The notes under the pieces: generated by a model | The model's database searches: none | Told to the model about the DNA's origin: nothing | Seen by the model: only the letters and a program-made list of their open reading frames with translations | Part shown: piece after piece, positions 24,682 to 43,677 of the stretch | Numbering within the stretch: the stretch's first letter is position 1 | Layout: the number at the start of each line of letters is the position of its first letter | Source of the DNA: Catajapyx aquilonaris | Taxonomy: Eukaryota | NCBI GenBank assembly: GCA_000934665.2 | Contig: KZ537957.1 | Location: forward strand, 1 to 64,000 | Direction: 5' to 3' | Length of the DNA stretch: 64,000 bases | Translations under genes and position numbers: made by a program

Positions 24682-26000
24682 CTTGGGCGGTTTGTGTGTT
24701 TGTCGAGTGCCTTCTTTCTATCAACTCAGGTAACCACAGTAAAATCCACTGTTGACCTGCCCGTAGCCAGTGAGATGCAGGGAGAGAGCAGCCCCCTCTC
24801 CTCACCACACTACTGCCGACCTAATCTCCACCAGACCTGCCATAAAAGAAACAAATTGTACTGTCAACACTGAGAATAACCATCATGGAACAACCCACAT
24901 GACCACACATTCCAGCCAAACCTCATGTCAATGTCCTTGAAAATACCTGTCAAAATAATTCACACAGGATTTGTTACCATTTCAAGGGCATGCACACGCT
25001 CACCTAATATTACCATCAAATTTGCCTCCTCCGTTGTTGCACTTGGCAATGAAAAGTTGCGTAAATATGAAAAGGACCACTGCGGAGTGGTCGTAAGCTA
25101 TTTAGGCCACTCATAGGCAACTGTCCTCCTAACAATTTCAAGGTAACTCATACTTGCATCAAGGAGTCTATCTCAGACCGAGATTTAACTTTGGAAGACG
25201 CCACTCTGCTTTAAAGTGCACACCTGTTGATGACTACTGTTGCAATTATTTTCCATCTAAAAAGGCCAAGCAGCAGCAGCAACATAGAACTGCAGGTCAC
25301 CAAAAGGCAATGTTTACATCCAATTTGCAAGGCGGCAATATTCCCAAGCTCCTTGAACTTCTGGAACCTCTTATTTTCACCCTGTTCCTTCATGTACCCA
25401 ACTATTGACCTGACGCAGGCCCTACCCAAACAGTCCAACAACCTGTTAGTCATACTGTTAACATCATGTGCACCAATTTTTTTAAACGGGAATAACCCCA
25501 CTTCCTCCAAATGGCTTGACTGCAGTGGCGTGCACCATCCCCTCAGCCCAAAGACATCCACGGAATGTCCCTATACCCACTGTCCGCTATGAGGTCGGAG
25601 TCACCTGGCCATCAAAGCCACCCACATTCTCTTTGTTACTATTTTTTGTAATTTTTTCCCCAACACCCTTGCAATCCAAAGGCGGCCTCTTCCCAACCCG
25701 CCCCGAGGCCGCCCCTGCCCCTTCGCCGACCCCCTTTCCCTTTCCACCTAGGCCTGGCCGGGTCGCAACCCGTCAACTGTCCTCTTCCCGAGCCTCTTCC
25801 ACCTCCGCCTCCTCCCCCCTACTCACCATCGGCCCCTGGGCAGACACCCGCCCTCCTTTTCTCCTCCGATGTAGCCCCTCCTTCGACACCACGTCGGCCC
25901 CCAGCAGCAACTGCAGCAGCAAGCTTCCCTTGTTTTTCCCCTCCTCCTGTTCGACCCTTTTATTATTGGTCGCTCCCTTTCACGGAGCGAGAAAATGGAC
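24682..26000 (-). other. Cul3: Probable Cul3 5' UTR: non-coding first exon(s) and intron
   Basis: Acceptor tttcttttatggcag| opens the ATG-containing exon at 24836. Candidate donors ATG|gtgagt (exon end 25827) and CAG|gtgact (25605) lie in the CpG-rich region. No transcript data. Confidence 0.5.
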
Positions 26001-26845
26001 GACGGGGAGGGAGGGAGGGAGGTAGGGGGGGAGGGTAGGGCGAAAGGGAGAGGCAGGGGGGATGAAGGTCACGGCTGGGCAGCAGGGGATCACTGTCTCA
26101 TAGTCTCTGCGGCGGTGGGCGCCCCCAGTCCGCCTCGAGGCCAAAACACACGACTAGGCCCACCCCAGCAGGCCTTCCACTTTCTGTTCTGGCGTGATGG
26201 ACAGAGAGGAGGGGAGATTATTCCTGTCCGGGATTAAAGATGGCGGCGCCTTACACATCGCCGCACGACCTACTCCCTGTGTAAATAAATGCTCGGGCAA
26301 GTATCGATACGGCAAGGCGGGACACGTGTCGACGAAAGTTGACGCAGGACATGGCCCTTCTGGGGGCCAGTACATGCCAATCGAACCCGAATTCGACACC
26401 GTGCCGTGCGGACAATCGGAATTCCACGCACGGACCGGGAAATCCAGAGTGCGTGTCGTATCGATACTCGCACACAGCTGGTATCGCCCACACGTCACGC
26501 TCGTGTCACACCGTGCTGTGGATCAAAGTTAGCACCGGTTTTAATTTAGGACCTTCCTGAATTTGCCTGGCTTAAAATACATGCCGGGAATTCCCCCATT
26601 CGCTTTTTATCGACTTGGTCCCCGCTGGTCCCCGCCATCTTTGGTCTTACCCTGTTGGTTCATGTGGGTGCCGTCTGGGGTCGCGGCTACTCTCCGTCAG
26701 GTGCTTCCATCTGTCGCAACCACCTGCTGTCGTCTGCAGCCAAGAAGGAAGCTACAGTACGGTACCGACTGTCGCCTTCTGCTGATTACGTTGTCCTGCT
26801 TCCAAGCCAAGAAGGAGATAACTTTGGTGACCTTTTGGCGGAGGG
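25550..26845. promoter_or_regulatory. Bidirectional CpG-rich promoter region between Cul3 and PCCB
   Basis: Head-to-head genes; local GC and CpG richness against CpG-poor flanks; two TATCGATA (DRE) at 26302-09 and 26459-66; AAGATGGCGGC (YY1/Pho-like) at ~26237. Confidence 0.7.
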
Positions 26846-29800
26846 ATGGCGGCGACCTATGCGCGGGTCCTGCTGGCCGGAGGGGGGCTACTGGCGAGGG
26901 GACAACAGGGCTTGCTGGGAGGAGCAGTGGTGGCTGGAGCGATGTCCGGTGCTGGGAGCAGCAGCAGGTGGTGCAGCGGGGCTCACCAGACCCTCAGGGT
27001 GAAGGGGGAGATCAGGGCCAAGAGGGAGGAGGCCAAGCTCGGGGGTGGCGCTAAAAGGATACAGGCGCAGCATAAGAAGGTGCTCATGCTCACACATCAT
27101 CCACACTGTGTTATGCAAGATGGACAGCAGCCATTTGTGGCACTGTAATTGGCAGACAGTGTTATGAATATTGATGGCATGCTCGTACACACACTGTTTG
27201 AACTGGTGACAATACCACCACAAAAGACACTGTACAGTAGAGTACGCCAAGGTTGTACAATGCCTACTATTGTTCTGGGGTAGAGGCACGTCAGAGCATC
27301 TGGACTTATTTTTGCTCACAGCTGTACTTAGAAACAATGGTTAGGCAACTAAGGAGGTTTTTGGAGAACAATCATGTTATTCATTTCTGCATTGTTTGTG
27401 TCAGAAGAGCAAAAACTTAGTTCATAAGAGTCAAAATGCTCTGTGGGGTGGCGCAAAATTTTTGAGGTGACCTGGTTTCAAGTAATGCGAGAAATTAGCA
27501 CAGAGTGCGAATGATACACTGGTGAGGAGAGAGCATGGTGGCAGCTTTTATATGCATTTCTGAAACTAGGTCAACAGAGAGTTTACCCAAATTAATTGCC
27601 TCTTTGCATCCACAAGAATTTGCCTCCCCCACCTGGATGGGGAACCATTGTTATCAAACATGTTTCCACAAACACCACCCAGTTCAACAATGGTTCCCAG
27701 TCACCCTGCCCAGTTGAATGGATTCACTAGGATATTCAGGACCATAAGTTCTAAGTAACAGCTAATAATTATAGCCTCCAAAATAATGTGTTCTTTGTGT
27801 TATTTTTTGCCTTATGCCATTTATTTTCTAGACGCATTTGAATTCAAGTTTGTAACTTTTTTTGGCAGGGCAAACTTACAGCTCGAGAGAGGGTTCACTT
27901 GCTGTGCGATCCCGGCACGTTTGTGGAATATGACACCTTTATGGAGCACACCTGTTCAGATTTTGGGATGGAAAAGGAAAAAGTAAGTGCTGGCTGTTGC
28001 TAAGCAATGCCGTTTCATTATTGGCAACAAAATGAAGTGACCAAAAAAAACAACTTATATTGATGCTAACCTGCCACGAGTGATGCAAATTTTTGAAAAA
28101 TGCATGAATATTATCCCTTACAATATATTCTGATCATGTTAATTCAATCTTGTCATAATACGTAGCATAATGTAATTTTCAATTCAACAATGCCCATCCT
28201 TATTTTCAGTACCCTGGAGATTCGGTGGTGACTGGCCATGGCCTCATAAATGGCAGACTGACCTACATGTTCAGTCAGGACTTCACTGTATTTGGTGGCA
28301 GCTTGTCCAGTGTCCATGCTAAGAAAGTCTGCAAAGTATGATTACTGCCAACATAGTCTTGAGGAAGACCTGTGATGTGGTTTTTAATGTTGCAGATAAT
28401 GGACCAAGCATCACTGGTTGGAGCACCAGTAATAGGGCTGAATGACTCTGGTGGTGCTCGTATTCAAGAAGGTGTTGAGTCACTCGCAGGATATGCTGAC
28501 ATATTTTTGAGAAATGTGCTGTCATCTGGTGTTGTACCTCAGGTAGCTTACAACTGTCATGGTACCATGGGATTGTGTGCTAATAACTTAATGCATTGCA
28601 GATATCAATGATCATGGGTCCATGTGCTGGAGGTGCAGTCTACTCCCCTGCATTAACTGACTTCACCTTCATGGTGAATAACACATCTTACCTGTTCATC
28701 ACAGGACCAGATGTTGTCAAGTCAGTAACTGGCGAAGATGTAACCCATGAGGAACTCGGAGGTGCCAAGACCCACACAACTACATCTGGGGTTGCTCACA
28801 AAGCATTTGAAAATGATGTCGATGCCATCCTGCAGCTGAGGAATTTCATGAACTTTTTGCCACTCTCAAACAAGGACCCAGCACCAATCAGAGCTTGTGA
28901 TGATCCCTGGTCAGTTTACTTCATATATCCTTAACATTTACATAAAACATTTTTCCAACTAGTAAATATGCAATGTTGGGAATTGCCTTGCAGGGATCGT
29001 GATGTTCTGGGACTGGACACTATCGTTCCTCTGGAAACCACTACAGCATACGACATGCATGATGTCATCTATGGTGTTGTGGATGAACGAGACTTCTTTG
29101 AGATAATGCCCAACTATGCTAAGAACATTGTCGTTGGATTTGCCCGCATGAATGGACGCACTGTTGGAATTGTTGGAAACCAACCAAAGGCTGCTGCAGG
29201 CAAGTTTCAACCACATGATTTAATTTTTTTAAATGACAGAAATGAAACTATAGCTCCACATCTACCTGATAATCATGAAGTACAGAATGCAAGCATACTG
29301 ACCTCAACTACCATCTACTGTCACATTATGATCCGATGATAGAAGTAGTTCATTTGGGAATTTGTAAAATACATCCTAACATCAAATTATGGATTTGCTG
29401 TCTACTGCAGGGTGTCTGGATATCAACTCATCAACAAAGGCCGCTAGATTTGTCCGCTTCTGTGATGCGTTCAACATTCCAATCATAACATTTGTTGACG
29501 TCCCTGGATTTCTACCTGGTACAAGTCAGGAACATGCTGGAATCATACGTCATGGTGCCAAACTACTGTATGCATTTGCGGAGGCTACAGTTCCCAAGAT
29601 AACAGTGATTACACGAAAGGTAATATTGCAAAGAATGTGTTTCTGAATGAGAGATTAACAACACTTTTATGCAGGCATATGGAGGAGCATATGATGTCAT
29701 GTCGTCAAAGCATCTAAGGGGCGACATAAATTATGCCTGGCCCACTGCTGAAGTAGCTGTGATGGGTGCAAAGGGTGCCGTTTCCATCATATACAGAGGG

Positions 29801-30454
29801 AAAGAAAATGTAAGCGCTTATGAAGAAGAGTACATGAGGAAGTTCGGAAACCCTTTTCCTGCTGCTGTCCGAGGTAAGCTGCAAAATGTTTCTGGACCAT
29901 TCATAGGCTGTCATGTATCTCTTGCACAAAACTTGGCACAATTATGCTTTTCCTATATCGTAACTGAAAGCGTGTCTTACTCAGAGATGATTATAAAATG
30001 GAAGTGCCCAAAAAGTATCGAGCTAAAAATATCCCTGCTGGAATTAATTTTAAGGTCTACCACAATAATTTGTAGTGGGAGAAAATTTGCCCTTGACATT
30101 ATGTGAGAGTCACAGCTGCTTTTACACCTCACTGTTGATCACGTGCTCAAACACTGTTGCTGAAGCTGTATGCCTCATGATTCCCACACAAAATCCATGG
30201 CTTATGTAACACATTTCCTCTTACCTTGTAATGTACATGTAGTGATGTGGGAGTGATGCACCAGAGAGTTCTGTAATTTATGGGTGGGCCTGAAGTCATA
30301 ATGTACTCTGCTCATAAAACTGCCTACGTTAGGTTTCGTTGACGACATCATTGAACCACACACTACTCGCCGCCGGATATGCATAGACTTGGACCTGCTG
30401 ATGGAGAAGAAGCTGCAAAATCCATGGAAGAAGCATGCAAACATTCCTCTCTAA
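26846..30454 (+). CDS. PCCB: Propionyl-CoA carboxylase beta chain, mitochondrial, 554 aa; exons 26846-27079, 27869-27982, 28210-28335, 28396-28542, 28602-28909, 28994-29199, 29411-29619, 29675-29873, 30333-30454
   Basis: Arg/Ala/Leu-rich, acid-free transit-peptide-like N-terminus; [83 protein letters not shown] and C-terminus [10 protein letters not shown]. Phases are consistent, total 1665 nt; one GC-AG intron. Confidence 0.96.
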
Positions 30455-31260
30455 ACTATTCCAGTGTGATGTATAAGAGTTTGGATTATCACATGTATTT
30501 TTGAGGTATAACTGGAATCAAGTAAAACTTGTATACTAGCTTGAACTCTTTCTTTATCTGTTCTCATCTTTATAATGTGCGATAACCAAGCTTATGTGGT
30601 TTTTGTTCTTCACCCTTACTACAAATCACATTCCTTTTTCAGTGTGGCAACAACGGCCTTTCACACGCTCAAACTGTCACACACACAGTTTTGTTTTCAC
30701 TGAATCAACATTTCCCACAACCTAGAAAAATGTCAATAGGAACATACCTGAATCATAATATTAATGCTTATCGATAATAACAAGCTGTGAAAAGGTTAGT
30801 TCAACGGCTGGATGAACACAAAGGTTATGAAATTGGAGATGGCATATAGCCCGAGCTACTATTTAAGTTATGCCAAACTACGAAAATTTGCTTTGGAAGC
30901 TTCAAAAAACATTGATGAGAAATACACACCAGTTAAAAGGGAAGAGTCGGGGAACACTAAACATTTGCTGAACTAAAAATGAGGGTTTCTGCTACGATAC
31001 GTTGCATGTGAAACACATCCTAAAATGGCATGCTTCTATCACAGATCTTATAAACTCCCTTCTTATGAAATATGCCACTAGGCAGCCCATAATTACATTC
31101 CTGTACATAGATAACAAAACATTATTTTGTACATGTTTCATTACTTGGGACGTTTAATTACAGCATTTTTTTTAAACCAACGAACTTGGCAACCGTCACT
31201 ACCGCGCAAAAGTCAGTCGTTTTTTTATGATGATGTTTGTGCTCACAGTGTCTTCAGGTC

Positions 31261-38342
<7,082 letters not shown>

Positions 38343-39070
38343 CTGAAAAGAGCAAAAGAACAAAAAATGAGAACGATGGACCATTTTCACAACAATTATA
38401 TTGTACCGTCCTTAGAAATATTTTGTGTACAGTACAGTACAGATATGTGTAAACGACGAGTACATTCATTGCCGGGTGGTTCATTTAAGGCAGTGTGATC
38501 CAACAAAGGAGGTCCCATTTATGCATGACAAAGTCGCACTTATCACCACCCTCCCTAGCAGTATCCATCACTCAGGACGATGGAGACCCTCTTTTGTGAT
38601 AAACCCCCGTCTGTCCCCATCGATTTCATACTACTGCAGCAATCTTCAATTCCTCCCTCCAAAACTCAATGGCCCATTTTTCTCATCAAAATTGTTCCCA
38701 GCTGCGAATAGCCTTTCTGATGCGAATGCTAATTTTTAGTCTTAAAAAAAATCATTTCAGTTCCTAACTATCCAAAATTTAGTAGTTTGGGTTGAACATC
38801 GACGAAAAGCCGAATGGTGGCATCAGTCTTCCTGGAAGCTTTTTCACCCCCAGCTTCTTTACCTTTCAGAGGCTTGCATGCTTTTCCCTTTGCCCGGTCC
38901 TGAAATCCTGCAGGAAATCACTCCTTTCCGCCTACCAGTCCCTCCAGCATATCGATTGGTTAAAATTGGGGAATTACTCCGTGTGGGTCAACCCCGTGGA
39001 AAATAAGGCCCGGCAGGGACCTCCACATATATAAAGGTGGGTTCTCTGACCCTTGGTCAGCCTAGTTCAA

Positions 39071-39432
39071 CCATCAGGTGAATCCCACAACCAGTAGCAA
39101 ATTTTGGTGCAAATGTTGCCATGGCTTGTGTCTTCTGTGGGATTCACTAATCGAAATTAAGCATATTAGTATTATTTATGCAGAAATAATACCAATAAGG
39201 ATTATTACTGCAGAAATGATACTAATAAGTATTATTTCCGCAGAAATGATACTAATATACTTCCTCCATCAGGTGAATCCCACACAAGTAGCAAATTTTG
39301 GTGCAAATGTTGCCATGGCTTGTGTCTTCTGTGGGATTCACTAATCAGAATTAAGCATATTAGTATTATTTCTGCATAAATAATACTAAATACTAATAAG
39401 TATTATTTCTCCAGAAATGATACTAATATACT
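39071..39432. repeat. ~195-bp direct tandem duplication containing ~30-bp sub-repeats
   Basis: ccatcaggtgaatcccaca...gtgggattcactaatc starts at 39071 and again at 39266, each followed by repeats of attatttctgcagaaatgatactaataag. Confidence 0.85.
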
Positions 39433-42400
39433 TAATTTTGATTAGTAAGTCTTTGCCTTCAGAATATGAAGCATATCAGGGAGTTGGGGTTGAATAAATA
39501 TCTCTTTAGCTTGGGGGATTGCAGAGTAAAATCCTATCACCCCTTTGATGCTAATAAATATGGCATCCGTAGTCCGGGCACGGTTCACTTTTTACGAAGC
39601 AGGGAGGAATAAGGATGAAGAAAACCAGTGTTACCATGGCTACCAGCGACGGATGGAGGTTTTACCCGGGCTCATGCGGAGAAACGGAAGGCAAATTAAA
39701 ATTCGGCAAAGTGGAGTACTCTTGTCCTGATGGGGCTTCCCATCCTAGAGAGGACGAGAGAAAGAAGAAAAAAAAACCCACACTTTTTTGCACTCCCAAA
39801 ACTTTTTTCATATGCCTGAAAAATGGCGCTAGTTATCCAGAATTAAAATTAAAATCCGATAATTTGAATTTCGCGGGATTATGATCGACTACTCTTGTCC
39901 CGTAACTGCGCGCAACCTGGCCATGTTGTTTATATCTTGAGGCAATTGCAATACCCGAAGGACATTTAATTCGGACAATCCAATTAGCCAGGAGAGTTAT
40001 AGTGTTGCGGGTGGTAAAGTCTGGCTTGAGTGATAGTGGTAATGAACCAGGGTGCATGCACCGAAAAGGGAATTTGTTGCACTTGATTCCACGGTTGGTA
40101 TGCAAGCATCAAGTTGAATTAACATCATTAAAGTCTAGGCGGCATAATTCCGGGCCTTTTCGTGCCCCTGGGACATTTTGCTGGACACTGTTGCAAAGAG
40201 CAATGAAGCAAAGTGGGCATTCCTGGGGCATAAGGTTATTACATTCTTGGCTTAACAAAGTGCAACAATGCGACAAAAATTACGAGACTTGGTAATGACC
40301 ATAGGGCACGTATGAGCAATAAAATAATTATTCGAATTATGACCTTTGACCTCAGCACCGATGCGCTCTCTAATGTTTCCCAAAATCGCAGTATGTGGAT
40401 TACACACGCAGTATTTTCCACAATCCATGTTCAGGTTGCATATCACGTGTTGGCTCCTCTATTCGCAACAGCGCGTTGTAATGAGCATTTGTTTGCCCTG
40501 GGATTTGCACGCGGTGTTATTCTCGCCTGGTGGAAACTGGTAAGCCGATAATAGTGTGAAAGTGACATTTCATTTGTTTCCTACTGGAAACACACAAATG
40601 AGAATCCGCACCGTCAGACACAGTCCAACCGTAACCTTTGACCTGGATAATTTAATCTCATTATTGTTAAGCATTTGCAACGTATGTTCAGTAATATAAA
40701 ATTCAAATTGATGGCCTGCTATGAGGTGGACCCGAAGGTTTTGTTGATAGCAATATACCTTCCCTTCGATAGAGGTCAGTCGTCTTGCTATAGAAGGCCA
40801 TTAGAGATTAATGGGAAGGAAGCGAGAAGTTAGGAGCGGAGTTTTCCGGACATAAAGGAAAAGACGAGCATGTCGAGCGCACTAAACGCCTTCCTAATGT
40901 CCCCCTTTAAATCTGACGATCGGAGGGTGGGTACCTAGGCCAAGACCACTATTCCGCACAGCCGGAGATATTACACTCAGGAGGATCTTCCACCTTACCA
41001 AACGACGCCCGGAACGCAGCTCTCTGAAGAAAGGCAAAAATTGCGACGCTTTACACCATGCAAATATCCTCGCCAGTATTTTTTACACTCTCGCAAACAC
41101 ATGTGGCTTGTAATTTTACGGTGCGTTTACCAGCCAAAGTGAAAATTCCCATTGCATCTGAAGAAAATATATAGACCTTGTTTGACGTCAAGAAGAAGAG
41201 GCGGTACCACCAACAATCCCCTCTAGGTCTAAAAATATGGCAGTTTCTGAGATGTTATATAAATGCATTCTCTAGCTACAATATTCAGAAGCCAGGTGTA
41301 TGCCCACGAAACACTTGCACATTAGATGAAATAATCGATTATTTAACCCTAACTTCGTACTTGGCTACTAACTATCTGGGCCTCAAGCCCACATTTTGTT
41401 ATCCATGTTGCTCACCACAGTACCTTCAAAAATAATGGCTGGACACACTGTACATTTATTTATTTTATTTCATTTATTATCAGCTGCAGATGAGTAAGAG
41501 TGATTATATGTAGTCCCTAAAATGCATGTTCAATAAGTACCAAATCTAGGCCTCAGCCATAAATTTCCCGATCACGAAGGTATCTCACGTTATTAATGGC
41601 CCGTAAATTAACCCTTAGCTGATGTAATCCTAACGAATGGCTCGTGATATTGATACAGCAATTCCCAGGCTGTGCCAAGGAATCGATCAGATATGTAAGA
41701 TTGCAAAATGTGTATATAGGATAGGAGTAAGCAAGTTTCCTTCCCTATAGTGGTATATAGCCCCAAAGTTGTAATATCCACCTAAGTATTTTGAAGGGTG
41801 CATATTCCATTAATGGGGGGGGGGGGGGGGCNGGGGGCTAGGCTGCAGTTTCCAGTCGAATGGAAGGAGACTGTAAGTTAGCTGCATCTGGCACCCAAGT
41901 AGACGGGATAATGGGCTTGAAAAATGAGAGTGAGATTGGATTTTTACAAGGTAGAGAAGCACGCCTGAAGTTTCCCCGATAAATAGATTCGGGGATATTC
42001 TTTTCCTTAGAAACGGGCAGAACGTTGAGTCGATCTCGTTCACACACCCACTCAAGAAAAAGTTGCTGGAAACCTCGTTCAACTGCGAATGATCGCAGGA
42101 CTTGAAGAAGAAAAAAAAAAGTCGAGCTGGTTATTTTTCCAGTTAAACTGGTTGCTAGGAACAACACCGGCAACTTGTGAACTTCGACTTCATTTGAAAA
42201 GTTTGGTAGGTCATGCCTCCTGCACGTAAATGCATAACAACTTCAGCAGAGGTTCAATAACACTCGGGACACCATATTTAATTTTATCTCTTTAAAAAAA
42301 ATTTATACGGACAGAGCCTTTCAGAGTCTAATTTCATACACAATTAATTTTAAATTCACTGTTATAATACCCAACACATAAGCCTAATCCACTGTCTACT

Positions 42401-43513
42401 ACACTTACAGGCCCACACACAACCCCCCTTTATTGTGGCTTTCTGGTTCCCTCTTACGCAAGAATGAGCTGCATATTAGCCCTCACAAACAGAAACAGCA
42501 AATTAGTATAGCACCCAGGACATCTGACACCTTTAATCAACACACTCACATACACAACCAGCAAAAAAAAAGTAGGGTAAAGATGTATGCTTCCGGGTCT
42601 TGGGGCTTTCCACTTGGGTCGCCACGCCGCCTGTTACATTAGCCCTTTACCATGTATTTTTAGCCTGGAATGAAGCCAAGCCAGAATTTGGACGACAACC
42701 ATGGGAAAACTTACATTTCGGTCCATTGACACTGAGATTCGTCGTAGTGACGACACTTATAGTAATACGAACCTAGTCGCCGATCAATTCTGGTCTGTCT
42801 TTCGGTATGCAGTTGGTAAATGAACCACAGTTTTTTACCCGTGTTGATGTTTACAGGGTGCGGCTGCCAAATCGATAACGAGCCGCAGTTTTGTGCCAGG
42901 CAGGTAGGGACTGATTATTTCAAGGAAGCTGGGCTGCATAAACATATCGTATTGTGGTAGGCTCCTGACATAACCGATAATAGCGGAAAAACCAGCTGGC
43001 TGACATCACATGCGAGCAACAAAAATTTTGCTTAAAATATTAATAACTGATGTGCCCGTATGTATATAGCCAATGTACTTTGACCTGCCATCATCAAAAG
43101 TGAAAATCCCTCCAACCTGCATCCGAAACCGGTCGTTCCAGTACAGTGTGCTGTACCTATACCCTGGAAACCACATCACGGAATGTCTTCACCCTCTCCG
43201 GAACCCCCAGAGTCAAGTTAGGTGTGCGTATAGTGCACATCAAAGCCCCTACCAGCCATGCCATGTTGACTATTCTCTCCTGAAACCAGCAGGTCCTCCG
43301 TGTCTCTCTCTCTTCGGCGGCCCTGTTCCCACCTGTGTCAGGCCAACCGACTTATCTACTTGGCTGCGGAGCTCCAGCCTTGTAATCAATATGAAACCCA
43401 ATTACCACGGATTGCAGTGGCTGTAGCTATCAGACTCACAAATCGGGGAGGGCCTGTTTCGCGCCTTTCTCCACTGGGAGTGCATAAAGAAACGGCTGAG
43501 GTATTACTCATGT

Positions 43514-43677
43514 CAGGATAGGGTCCCTCGCGCCGTAGGCCAACTGGCCACTCAGGGCAGGGTCCCTCGCGCCGTAGGCCAAACGGCCACTCAGGGTAGG
43601 GTCCCTCGCGCCGTAGGCCAACTGGCCACTCAGGGTAGGGTCCCTCGCGCCAGGGGTACAGTAGGCCAACTGGCCAG
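43514..43677. repeat. 39-bp GC-rich minisatellite, ~3.5 copies
   Basis: gggtccctcgcgccgtaggccaactggccactcagggta at 43521, 43560 and 43599, partial at 43638. Confidence 0.9.

Noticed and set aside
25516..27054. Several 100-170 aa ORFs in the promoter region
   Set aside because: Low-complexity products of GC-rich DNA with no recognisable domain.
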